Source: Octopus sinensis (taxonomy: Eukaryota). From it: DNA of 64,000 nt. Numbering within the stretch: the stretch's first letter is position 1; the number at the start of each line of letters is the position of its first letter. Under the pieces are notes generated by a model. The model was not told where the DNA came from. It saw only the letters and a list, made by a program, of their open reading frames with translations, and made no database searches. Of this stretch, positions 40,790-53,487 are shown piece after piece. A program made the translations under genes and the position numbers. The stretch lies in the NCBI RefSeq assembly GCF_006345805.1, contig NC_042999.1:153946001-154010000 (forward strand). The letters are read 5' to 3'.

Positions 40790-42624
40790 AGGAACATTGG
40801 AGGAGAGGGATAGTTGATTACCTCAACCCAAGTACTCAACCAATATCTATTTTATCAACCTTGGAAAAAATGAAAGGTAAGGTCACCACAGCTAGGATTT
40901 GAACTCAGAACATGAAGACCGATGAAATGCTACAGAGTATTTTAACCAGCATGCTAATGATTCAGCCAGCTCGCCACCTAATAATAATAATAATAGCGTT
41001 TATCATCATCATCATCTTTAATCTTACTCCTGTTTTAAATAAAACCCAGAAATATATTTCAAACCAATAAAAATTTTTTTAAGCTCATATGATGGCAGCG
41101 ATGGGAGAGAGGGAGGGAGGGAGAGAGAGAGAGAGAAGCATTGAAATAGATTAAGTGTCATAAAAGTAATTTTGTTGTCAGTTAATTAGCTTGAGTATGA
41201 AATCATTATATTTGCAATAACAAGAGTGACAAAGAGAAACGTCAGGGGGTGGGTAGTATCAGGAGCTAATGAGATCAATGAATGGATGGTTGCAGTAAGA
41301 GGCAGACACACAGACAGACAAGGTAAATCCAGTGCAACGTGGAAGTGAGTTCAAACCGGTTGAGGTTTGTAGCAAAGATGTAGAAAGATATTTAGAAAAA
41401 TAAGGGGCTATTTTAAGGGCTGAGTTGAGAATGTTGAGTATATGATCTATCACAGAACAGAATGGCAATAGTTGTGATATTGGAACTGAATGCACAGGGA
41501 TACAGAGAATGGAAAATGTGCATGTGTATATGCACATAAACAGGAGCCTTCTTTCAATTTTCATTCATCAAACAACCCATCCAGTGGGACTGAACTCAAA
41601 ACCACTATTATATATATATATATATATATCATCATCGTTTAACGTCCATTTTCCATGCTAGCATGGGTTGGACGGTTTGACTGGGGTCTGGGAAGCCAGG
41701 AGGCTGCACCAGGCTCCAGTCTGATCTGGTAGTGTTTCTACAGCTGGATGCCCTTCCTAATGCCAACCAATCTATGAGTGTAGTGGTTGCCTTTTATGTG
41801 CCACTGGCACAGGGGCCAGAGGAGGCCGGCATTGGCCACATTTGGATGATGCTTTTTACGTGGCACATGTATATTTTACTGGGGAAGGCCAGTTTATGGG
41901 ATTACCCTGGGTTTCCGGTCCATAAAGAGTTAACTTTATGGCATATTACCAGGCCCCAAAACCTGTTGGCCTAAGACCTCTTCAATAAATAAATATATAT
42001 ATATACATACCTCTATGAACATATATGTGTGTGTGAGTAAGAGAAAGAGAGAGATGAGGTAAACAGTAATAAGTAGTGCTTTGTCTTAGACAAAAAGTAG
42101 AGCATCCAATATCATTAAGAAGTGAATTTGAGAGGATTATCAAATTTCAAGTCGTTAATCTAAATATTTTTAAATAGCTGTAGCAAAAAAAAAAAAGTAA
42201 CAACAAACAACAACTGGTACCCCATCAGTTACAATGACAAGGGTTCCAATTGATCCAATCAATGAACAGTCTGCTCGTGAAATTAAAGAGCAAATAAATG
42301 GCTGAGTACTCCACAGACATGCATGCCCTTGACCTAGTTCTTACAAAGATGCAGAGTGACAGAATTTGACAAGGCTGGCCCCTCTGAATAACAGTTTCAG
42401 CTCACTTTTGCCAGTTGAATAGACTGAAGCAAAGTGAAATAAAGTGTCTTGCTCAAGGACACAAAGTGCTGCTAGGAATCAAACTCTCAATCTTACAAAT
42501 TGTGAGCCAACTACCCTAACCACTTACAGCAATAATGACAACGCATCAGTACTTGGTTGATTCTCAGACAAAATCTGGTCAATTAAATCATGTAAAAATG
42601 GCTGAAACTTCAAAAATTTTTGTT

Positions 42625-42960
42625 CATCGTCATCAACATCATTTAATGTCGGCTTTCCATGCTGGACAGTTTGATTGAGGACTGGCAAGCCAGGAGGCTG
42701 CACTAGGCTCCAGTCTGATCTGGCAAGGTTTCTACTGCTGGATGCTCTTCCTAACGCCAACCACTCAGAGTATATTGGGAACTTTTTATGTGCACTTAGC
42801 ATGAGGGCCAGTTAGGCAGTACTGGCATCGACCACGCTTGAATGGTGCTTTTTATGTACCACTGGCATGGGAGCCAGTCTGGCGGTGCTGGGATCAGCCA
42901 TGCTCAAATGCTGCTTTTTACATATCATCGGCACAGGTGCCAGTCAGACGGCACCAAAAA
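42625..42960 (-). mobile_element. Repeat family C copy with a long flanking direct repeat
   Basis: (CAT)n tail on the plus strand; flanks at 42590-42624 and 42961-42995 match at 30 of 35 positions. Confidence 0.85.
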
Positions 42961-43719
42961 ATGTAGAAATTGCTGAAGCTTCAAAAGTCTTTGTTATCAG
43001 TACTTTTAATAAATTATCTTGAAATGTAGGTGAGTCCTGTATGCTCTATTGCGTGACAAGGGAATTTGAAGTGTACAATGGCTGTTATAGCTGAGAGATA
43101 AGAGAAGAGAGAGGGAATCTCAAAATGCATGCTTGTTTGTATAACTAACTACAAACACTTTGATAGCAAAGCTTTGGAGAAACAATGTAATGCTTACATT
43201 GAAATGTTTATTAAGACTGGCCAGGCAATACGAACCAGTTGACATGTAAACAATACCTTTTAAGAAGAGTTAACATATAATTAATAATGAGCACAGATGA
43301 TCTATTTTCTGCTTATTCTCTCTCGAGACAACAAAGAGTTTGGTGTAAAAGCAGATTGTAATTCTCAAAGCACAGCTGCTTAAGAATGTCCCCTGCTTTT
43401 ATGAATGGGCATCCACAGAGAATAGCAGACAAATGAAATAAAATGACATATAATAATGTAGAAAGGAACCAGTCTGCAAACAGACATAATACAAACAGGG
43501 AGAGAAAGGGGGAGAGAGAAGAGGAAGGAGTAAAAGTTCGCTAAGTGTCATCTGAAGTGCTAACATGCATTGCTTATACAATGAAGCCATTCATAAACTG
43601 TCTAATTAAATATTTTACATTATCAAATTCATTATTTAAAATTATTATTGCCAGATTTTCAAAGAATGTTGTTGTTTTATAATCTACATTACTGAAAGCA
43701 AATCAGATTACTTTGAGCA

Positions 43720-44412
43720 ATCACCCATTCACCACAAATCTAGTCATCACCCATTCACCACAAATCTAACCATCACCCATTCACCACAAATCTAACCATC
43801 ACCCATTCACCACAAATCTAGTCATCACCCATTCACCACAAATCTAGTCATCACCCATTCACCACAAATCTAACCATCACCCATTCACCACAAATCTAAC
43901 CATCACCCATTCACCACAAATCTAGTCATCACCTATGCATCACAAATCTAGTCATCATCTATGCATCACAAATCTAGTCATCACCCATTCACCACAAATC
44001 TAGTCATCACCCATTCACCACAAATCTAACCATCAACCATTCACCACAAATCTAACCATCACCCATTCACTACAAATCTAACCATCACCTATGCATCACA
44101 AATCTAACCATCACCTATGCATCACAAATCTAGTCATCACCCATTCACCTCAAATCTAACCATCAACCATTCACCACAAATCTAACCATCACCCATTCAC
44201 TACAAATCTAACCATCACCTATGCATCACAAATCTAACCATCACCTATGCATCACAAATCTAGTCATCACCTATTCACCACAAATCTAGTCATCACCCAT
44301 TCACCTCAAATCTAACCATCAACCATTCACCACAAATCTAACCATCACCCATTCACTACAAATCTAACCATCACCTAAGCATCACAAATCTAACCATCAC
44401 CCATTCACCACT
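43720..44412. repeat. 26-bp minisatellite, about 27 copies (catcacccattcaccacaaatcta[gt/ac])
   Basis: Head-to-tail units with no spacers; variants include catcacctatgcatcacaaat and catcaaccat. Confidence 0.95.
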
Positions 44413-45719
44413 TCACACAAATTACCCCCATCGCTCAACACATATCTCACCATCACTCATTCCCACAGATCTAGCACCAACTGTATTCTGCTTCTTTCAA
44501 ACTTATATGATAGAAAAGTGTTTCGATGCAACTTAATTTATCCAGTTGCTGTCTTCAGCAGTTAGGCTAATCCTTAGTCAGTTACTCATTTTGGCAGTAA
44601 GATTAGTCATTATTCAAAGATATTCTTGAGAAAACACAAAACAAAAACCATAACTTTTTTCTTCAAAGTGAAAGTATTGATGGAATTAAAACTGCTTACA
44701 CAGAAGTAAATGTTGAGGATATATATATATAAAAAAAAAAGGTTTTGAATAATGGAATTTGGACAAAACTAATAACAGTATGTGAATATGAGGTTACAAA
44801 AATTAAGGGCTGCTTATAAGACCTGATCCCACAATCAAACATGACATGCTCTACTGTTATACCAAAATATTATTATAATCAGCATCATGATTTAACATCC
44901 TTTCTCCATGCTGACATGAACTGACCAGACTTCAATTATCCATTTTGGTATGATTTCTATAGCCGGATCCCCTTCTTAATGCCAGCCACTTTAAAGAATT
45001 ACTGGGAGCTATTTACATGGCACCATCACCAGTGATTCCTATGTAGTTTGTCTATTTAAAATGCTTTGTTCTGACCAGTTAGAATTTTGTGTTGTTTACA
45101 TCTGAAGAATTTAGAAATTTCTAAATTTCGATGTAAAAAAAATATTTACCAAGATATTTCCTGGATGTTTCTCAGAAATACGTCAACAAATTATAGCATT
45201 AACTCATTGTAAGACACCTTTGTTGATCAATCAGCTTGCCCTTGTTGTACCTGAGAGAAAACGTGAGTTGAGGACAGGTAAACTTTTTTTTAGATCTGAA
45301 CTATACCAATAGCTCAAGTTAAATCCAGCAATTAGGACTAATGACACCCTGGTTAATTACACAGAGGTCTGTCTGCTAGTGAGAGTTTAAATTTCCTTTG
45401 ACTCATATTTCCAGCTTTGTGTTTTGAATAATATATTTGGCAAGAAGCGGAGATGAATTAGCTGAAATATTGGTAGTGATTTGAAAAGAATTCCTGATGA
45501 TTTTTTCTTCAGAAATCCCACCTGAGAATAAGTTGTTTCTAATAATCAATGTATGTCAATTTAGTTTAGGCAATATGCTGGTAATATTTTCTGAAAGAAC
45601 GTAGCACCTAGTCAAGTGAAGAGGATATCAGAGTGCATGTTGACAGGTTGACGGTTCAAATCTCATTCATGGTGGTCATGTCTCAAATGGCTGCAACTAC
45701 CAAGGGATTTTAGAATCCT

Positions 45720-46117
45720 AGATGCAGGTGTGGCTGTGTGGTAAGAAGCTTGCTTCCCAACCATATTCTTCTGGGTTCAGTCCCACTGTTTGGAACTATA
45801 AACAAGTGTCTTCTACAATAGCCTCGGTCCGACCAAAGCCTTCTGAGTGGATTTGGTAGATGGAAACTGAAAGAAGCCTCTGTGTGTGTGTATATATATA
45901 TGCATGTATGTATGTATAAATTTATGTGAGTGTCTGAGTTTGTCTGTGTCTCCCCCACCATCACTTGACAACCAATGTTGGTGTGTTTACATCCCCATAA
46001 CTTAGCAGTTCGCCAAAAGAAACTGATAGAATAAGTACGTCCTGGGGTCAATTTGTTTGACTAACATCCTTCAAGACGGTGCACCAGCATGGCCACAGTC
46101 AAATGGTTGAAACAAGT
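45720..46117 (+). mobile_element. SINE family A
   Basis: Full head-to-tail match. Confidence 0.88.
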
Positions 46118-46285
46118 TGACCTAGCTTAATAAAGACAAGGTTATTTTATTAAACTCTTCAGCAAAGTTAACTTAGTAAAACCTATATTAGTTTTAAAAA
46201 TTTAATTGAAACAACTACAATGTATTTTAAACAGCAAAATGGGAATAAGAGTTACACTAGCTTAATAGAGACCCAAGTTATTTTA

Positions 46286-46510
46286 TTAAACCTTTCATTA
46301 CAAACTTGGCTGAAACCGGCTCTGGCTCTGTAATATGTCTTATTTTCATAAGTTTTTAATTAAAATCTTCCACCAAACCTTAGTCATAATTACTGTTCCT
46401 AACTCTAGCTGAATGATAACTAGGTTATTTTACTAAATTCTTTATTATATCTAAAATAATTGAGAGAAACACAGAGCATCTCAAAATAAATACAGTAACG
46501 AAAGGGTTAA
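46286..46510. mobile_element. piggyBac-like MITE, same family as the 55.4 kb copies
   Basis: ttaaacctttcattac...gtaacgaaagggttaa; the body matches the 55286 copy and sits among fragments of a related MITE. Confidence 0.85.
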
Positions 46511-46834
46511 ACTCTATGACAAAGTTGTCTTACTAAATTCTACATTATTTTCAAAATTACTTAAAACAAATACAGTAATAAAAGTAATAAAAGGATTATC
46601 AGCAGAAATTCATACAGCTAATTAATATTATCAACAGGTGGTTTTGTACAATATTATACCTCAAAGAATGTATTATAATTTCAGAATGTATATAGTATTT
46701 GAGAGTAAATTCTTAGACATAATTGGTTACAGATACTCAATCCAATTTGCGATATAAATGTGAGCCTTTCATAATGTAATAAATTTAGTTAATTTGCTAA
46801 TTAAAACTAAAATTGCTTCCGTTCGAAAAGGATT

Positions 46835-47046
46835 CTTTATATTTGTTTCAGTCATTTGACTGCAGCCATGCTGGAGCACCACCTTTAGTTGAACAAATCA
46901 ACCCCATGTCTTATTCTTTGTAAGCCTGGTACTTATTCTATCGGTCTCTTTTTACTGAACTGCTAGGCTACAGGGACATAAACACACCAACATTGGTTGC
47001 CAAGCAAGGGGGGGGGGACAAACAGACACACACATATATGTGTGTG

Positions 47047-47082
<36 letters not shown>

Positions 47083-47230
47083 ACGGGCTTCTTTCAGTTT
47101 CCGTCTACCAAATCCACTCACAAGGCTTTGGCCGGCCCAAAGCTATAGAAGACATTTGCTGAAGGTGCCATGCAGTGGGACTGAACCTGGAACTATGAGG
47201 TTGGGAAGCAAGCTACTTACCACACACCCA
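46835..47230 (-). mobile_element. SINE family A
   Basis: Full match. Confidence 0.88.
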
Positions 47231-47379
47231 CTCATTGCCAGCAACATTATTATTAAGGTGGCTTTTCATCAATAAAAGAAGTACACTGGGGGGGGGGGTC
47301 AATGTACACAGCTTCCCCCTTCAGTTAAAATTGCTTTTACCTTGAGCCAAAATTTGAAATCATAATAATTATTATTATT

Positions 47380-47830
47380 AAGGCAGCGAGCCAGCAGAAT
47401 CATTAGCACACTGGGCAGAACACTTAGTGGCATTTCATTCATCTTTATGCTCAGAGTACAAATTTTGCCGAGGTTGACTTTACCTTTCATCCTTTCAGGG
47501 TTGATAAAATAAGTACCAGTTATGCACTGGGGAAAGGCGATGTAATCGACTTAACCCTCCCTTGAAAATGGCGGCCTTATGTCAAAATTTGAAATCAATA
47601 AAATGGCGGCGAGCTGGCAGAATCGTTGGCACGTCAGGCAAAATGTTTGGCAGCATTGTGTTATGTCTGTCTTTACATTCCAAGTTCAAATTCAACTGAG
47701 GTCAACGTTGCCTTTCATGCTTTTGGGATCAATGAAATAAGTACCAGCCAAGCACTGGAGTCGATGAAATCAACTGTCCCTCTCACCCAAATTGCAGGCC
47801 TTGTGCCCATAGTAGAAAGGATTATTATTA
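47380..47830 (+). mobile_element. Two tandem family-B SINEs; the second tail abuts the R4 element
   Basis: 47380-47600 and 47622-47830, the latter ending agtagaaagg(att)n. Confidence 0.85.
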
Positions 47831-49072
47831 TTTTTTTTGCACTTCTAACGTTGAAGATGTACTATGGTGTCAGCTGTTCACTACCAGTGAACTAAGGTAA
47901 CACCCCTTATTTTTCGAGCACCTTCCAGAGTATTCAGGCGGTTCCAAGCAGTGCTGTTTTCTGCAAGTGCTGCACTCTTATTGCAGACCATATTTGTTCC
48001 ATGCACTTTTCAAGATCTTTACTCACTGTTACCAAGGCTCCGACAATTATTGGTACTACTACCACTTTTTCCATCGACGACAACTGCTTAATCTTCCATA
48101 CTAACCTGTCATATCTCTCAACTTTTCTTTCTTCCTTATTGCATACCTAGTTGTCAGCTGGGCATGTTATATCTATGATCCAGCATAATTTGCTTTCTTT
48201 CTCAATGAAGATTATGTCTGGCTTCCTATTTTCTATCGCATGGTTGCACTGAATCATAAAATCTCACAGGATCTTTGCATTATCATTTTTTATGATGCCT
48301 TCGGGTTTGTGGTCATGCCAATTTTTTGCTCTGTCAAGTCCATGCTTGTTGCAACGTGTCCAATGGACAAGCTTTGCTATATTGTCGTGACGTCTCATAT
48401 ATTCTTTCTGGGCTAGTGGCATACATTGACTGGTAATATTCCATATGGTTTCACAATTTTGTCCACAGATTCTGCACTTATCACTTTCTGATGTGTTGTC
48501 TATTCTGTATTTTATGTAGTTTGTTCTTAATGCTTGTTCTTGGGCAGCACAGATTAGAGCCTCTGTTTCCAGTTTTAATCATCGACAGCCATCTTTTTTC
48601 TCTGTCTGTCTCATCTTCAACATCCCTATGAAATTGTCCATGTATTCTTTTCTTTACCCACCTATTTTCAGTTTCATTCATTTTCAATTGCTTGTTCAGT
48701 GCTTTATCTTTGCAATCTTTCATCCTACACAAGCCTGACCTTCTTACTTAGTGGTTCTGTGGCATTTTTTACATACCATGCTATGATGTTTTCTTCTGCT
48801 CTAATGCTGTGTTTGCATCCAATAAGTCCTCTTCCCCCTCTTTTTCTTGGTACATATTGTCTGTTTGTATCACTTTTTGGGTGGAATGTCCCATATCTAT
48901 TTAGCGACTTCTGTGTTTTTCTGTCTAAGCTGTTTAGTTTGTCTACTGCCCATGCAATTACCCTGCTCCATATCTAAGGAGTGAAACCACCCACGTTTTG
49001 ATAGCTTCAATTTTATTCTGTCTGTTTAATTTCAACTTAAGGATCAGTCTCAGTCTGTGCAAGTACTCTGTC
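47831..49072 (-). mobile_element. 5'-truncated, decayed R4/Dong-clade non-LTR retrotransposon (RT thumb, zinc knuckle, restriction-like endonuclease)
   Basis: Hand translation of the minus strand gives EYLHRLRLILKLKLNRQNKIEAIKTWVVSLLRYGAG...FHPKSDTNRQYVPRKRGGRGL, then KCRICGQNCETIWNITSQC..RRHDNIA (degenerate CCHC), then RKPDIIFIEKESKLCWIIDITCP...KVERY and VVPIIVGALV...LQKTALLGTA (PD-(D/E)xK nuclease). In-frame stops and frameshifts are present. It ends in A7(TAA)n. Confidence 0.9.
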
Positions 49073-51663
49073 TATTATTATTATTATTATTTGAAACATA
49101 TATTAAATACAATGGCAAGTTCTTGTCAGCAAAATTACAGTTTAAAGAAAAGCATTCTTGAAATAGTTAGAATACATCTATAATTATTCTCATTCTAATT
49201 AACCTTTTGAGACTTCTAGAACTTTCTCTTTGAATAAAATATGTCTGTCAGATATTCACTGAATAGAGCCCAGAGAGAGAAAGAGAGGGGGTCAGAGGGA
49301 GGGAGAGACGACAGCTTGAACTTTGGGTGAAATTATCAACAGGAGAAATGAAGAATGGCTCTAAAAATACTTAACATAGTGATATTATGCTGTTTATTTT
49401 AGCGACTCCCTAATTAAGATATATCTCAAAAAAACGGCAAAGCAACAATTTTAACAGCAGATGAAAGCATTATTGAAATACTTGACTGACACAAAACTAA
49501 ATACAAAATCCATCACACAAACACATATTTGTAATGGCTGAACTTCAACACAGCACCACAACCCGTTACCAAAGTATCATTAGCATCATGTGTATGTGGG
49601 AGGACATGATGATGATGGCTTCAACCAAATAAATGGATAGAAAGCACAACTGAAGCCAATTGATTGATTGATTGATTGATTGAGTAATAGGTCAATTTTT
49701 AGCCAAATATCAATTACATGCCAACAACATGCGTACGTGTATAGTGCCTGGTTTGCTTTTGTAACAGTCTCTTGATTAAAAGTTATAAATATATATACAT
49801 ACACGTGTGCGCGTATATATATATATATGCGTGTACATGTGTATGTATATATATGTGTGTGTGTGTGTATATATACATGTAAATCAGACTGGATCCCGGC
49901 ACAGCTGGCCAGCCCAGTCAAACTTTCCAACCCATGTCAGCATGGACAACAGACGCTAAAAGTTTCCCACTAACAAATGTCTATATTAAAATATAAAAAA
50001 AAACAAAAACAAATGACTACATAAATTGTGTTGTCCGTAGAAATTTCCGGTGGAATCACTTCCACTTTATGCATGCACACGCAATCACATATACACATTT
50101 ATAGATACACTACCATAGATATATAAACAGACAGACATATACTGACACAAACACAGAAGTACAAACATACACACATACTGCCACAGACTTACACATATAT
50201 ACACACACACGAACACCTTCTTCTCATTAATATCTACTTCCAACAGGAAACGAATTAAAATAAACCATAATCAACTTTAACACACACACTAAGAGTCAGG
50301 TGGACATTGGACAGTGTCTCATACAATGCGGAAGGATTATCAAAGGAGATAAGCTGACAGAAAGTAGACACTCAGCTAAAGATATTTATCAGTATCATCA
50401 TCTGGTTGAGCTTGTTCGGACATTAACCCACACACACCATCCATTTCAGTCATGCCTAAGTTGAGGGAGGTCTTCAGGTCGGCATCTGGTGTCTCTGCGG
50501 GGTAGATCAATAAAAGTCATGTTTGGACAACCTCCTCGAGTATGGACATGCTTTGGCATCCATAGCCGTGGGTCACGAGTGAAATTGAGAAAATTTGGGG
50601 AAGAAATCAAAATGGCTTCAGAAAAAATAGATCAGCTGTCAGATAAATACATACAGTTCTTCATCCACTGAAAGGAGTAAAAGCCAGAATTCTTGAAGTA
50701 GTATTACTAATTGTTGATTATATATATTTGTGTGTGTCTGTGTTTAGCCCTAGGGCTAAACAACGGTGGTGTACCCCTCTACTGTCACGTTCGTGTTAGA
50801 TTTAGAAATTTAGTATTTCTGATTTCTCAATTGTTTTCGACTATCCACCATCGTAAAACAGGAAAAAATACTACTGGCCTAGGGTGTCCCTGAAGAAACA
50901 ACAGCAGCGAATACGATGCTCTATAACAACACAAAAGATATATTATATATATATATATATTATATATATATATTACATATTTGAATCACTTGACACAACC
51001 TTAAAGAGTTTTTAGTCAAAGAAACTAACCCCAGGACTTCCATATAATTTAAAATAAGGTGATTATAATAAAAATAAGCAACAAGTTTCAGTTTCTGTCC
51101 ACTAAATCCACTCAGAAGACTCTGGTCAGATTGTGGCTATAGCAGAAGACACTTGCTCTAGGTGCCAATCAGTGGAACTGAACTCAGAACCACATGGTTA
51201 GGAAGCAAGTTTCTTACCACACAGCCACGCCTGATATATATAATCTTTTAGTCTCAAAGGACAGCAGAACATGTGACACTTTCTGTGGTCTCCAAGATCA
51301 TTAAGCAGGTGGGAAGGATGGTGTCCTTGATTGGAAACTTTGTCAAAATTCTGTTAAACTAGGAAGAAACACAAATGCTACTCTTTGGCATTCAGGTAAG
51401 CTAAAACTATTTTGATTAAGACAATGTAATACACTATTTTAAAAACCAATCAGCTTACATTAACATGAAAAAAACCCCAAATATTCTACCTGCTTTATGT
51501 TCAAACTGGTCATATCCAGCCTCTCACACCTATCCTACAATATCATTCTAAAAATAATCACATCATAAAAATTTCAAAGCTATGAGATAATGCATGATTA
51601 ATTCAAAACAATGTGAATAAGTATTACATTTGACAGAGTATTTGGAATGCTAAAGGGTTAAAG

Positions 51664-51850
51664 CAGGGGTCCCCAAACTTTTTAGACCATCGACCCCTTC
51701 ATGGGAATCCTTGACCCCCACCCCAAGCATGTACAAGAAAATAAATAAATAATAATTAAGTAGATGTGCAGTTTCAGACATTTTATCAACCCCTTGAAAA
51801 TAGTCCCATCAACCCCCAAGGGTCGATATCGACCATTTTGGAGACCCCTG
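51664..51850. mobile_element. hAT-type MITE
   Basis: TIRs CAGGGGTCCCCAAA / TTTGGAGACCCCTG (13 of 14 match) and a perfect 8-bp TSD GGTTAAAG at 51656-63 and 51851-58. Confidence 0.9.
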
Positions 51851-52382
51851 GGTTAAAGTAACAATGATAATGATAGTGATGATACAGATTTCAATAGCCA
51901 TTCAGATTTGTTCATTCATTTTATGTCAGTTTTTCCATGCTTGCATGGGTCAGATGAATACGGATGTACTTTTTTGATGCTATCTTTTATTGCAAATAAC
52001 TTCCAAGGTGCAAAGTAGCCAAACAGTTTGTTGCCAGAAGAACTGACAGCAGCATAAGTTAATGCCGTACCAATGTTTTGTTTGCTTAACATATTTTGAG
52101 TATACATTAAATTCTAGAATATAGTATAAATCCTATCAGAGGAAATCACACACAGAGCCTTGAGTGGATACAGTAGATAGAAACTGAAAGAAATATGTCC
52201 TGCTCTTTCTTCTTTCCGATGAAGAGCCATGCTCGCAATGTCATTTCCACCCATTTTTCCATCTATACTTTTCACTGAACACTAATCTAATAAAATAACT
52301 GTGTACGTCCAATTGACTTTTGTTGTTTCCCCCATTTTGTAATTTTTTTACTTTTGATTTGCTTATGTATATATGTATACAC

Positions 52383-52973
52383 CAGGGCTGTGGAGTCAAA
52401 ACAAAAAACTATGACTCCGATTCCGACTCCTCTCTTTTACTCTTTTACTTGTTTCAGTCATTTGACTGCGACCATGCTGGAGCACCACCTTTAATCAAGC
52501 AAATCGGTTCCAGGACTTATTTTTTGTAAGCCTAGTACTTATTCTATGAGTCTATTTTGTTGAACAGCTAAGTTACGGGGACATAAACACTCCCCCATCG
52601 GTTGTCATGCGATGTTGGGGGACAAACACAGATACACACACACACACACACATACATATATATTGTTTATGTTTTCCAGTTTCAGCTCTTGAGCTGTGGC
52701 CATGCTGGGGCACTGCCATTTGCTGGGGCACCGCCATTTGACGGGCTTCTTTAAGTTTCTGTCTACCAAATCCACTCACAAGGCTTTGGTCAGCTCAAGG
52801 CTATTATAGAAGACACTTGCCCAAGGTATCACATAATGGGACTGAACCCGGAACCATGTGGTTCATAAGCAAGCTACTTACCACATAGCCACTCCTATAT
52901 AATTAAGTGATTGTACTGACTGACTTCGACTCATGCTACCCCTTAATTGCTTCTGACTAACTCCACACCCCTG
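52383..52973. mobile_element. MITE with (GACTCC)-type subterminal repeats, split by a family-A SINE
   Basis: cagggctgtggagtc at 52383 and ctccacacccctg at 52961-73; degenerate flanks gtatacac / atat(at)acac. Confidence 0.6.
52432..52895 (-). mobile_element. SINE family A with an internal duplicated tail fragment
   Basis: Full match; extra catgctggggcactgccattt repeats at 52700-52740. Confidence 0.88.
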
Positions 52974-53251
52974 ATATATACACACACACACACACAACAT
53001 CTAACCATAGACAAATCCACCCTAACAAATTCCATTTAGCCCATGCAAATGTAGTAAAGCGGAGGTTAAAATAATAATGATGGCAATAGGCCAGCTGATT
53101 AGTTAACTGCATTGAACTATGTAATTCCATTCAAGCAATTAATTTACTTGACCATTTAACATTCCAATTACTTTGCCAAATGTAATGTTTATTTATTCAT
53201 ACTGATATGGATTAAGCATACATTATCCTGGAGTTTCAAGACACCGATGAT

Positions 53252-53487
53252 AAGGTGGTGAGCTGGCAGAAACGTTAGCACGCCGGGCGAAATGCTTAGT
53301 GATATTTCATCTGCTGTTACGTTGTGAGTTCAAATTCCGCTGAGGTCGACTTTGCCTTTCATCCTCTCGGGGTCGATAAATTAAGTAGCAGTTACGCACT
53401 GGGGTCGATGTAATCGACTAAATACCTATGTCTGTCCTTGTTTGTCCCCTCTGTGTTTAGCCCCTTGTGGGTAATAAAGAAATAGAT
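53252..53487 (+). mobile_element. SINE family B
   Basis: Near-consensus. Confidence 0.88.

Noticed and set aside
43720-44412. CRISPR-like periodic array
   Set aside because: Units are head-to-tail with no unique spacers, there are no cas genes, and the context is eukaryotic.
50376-50570. In-frame TGA joining MSILEEVVQT to LLLIYPAETPD… as possible selenocysteine
   Set aside because: No selenoprotein motif or SECIS recognised; a splice acceptor just after the TGA is the simpler reading.
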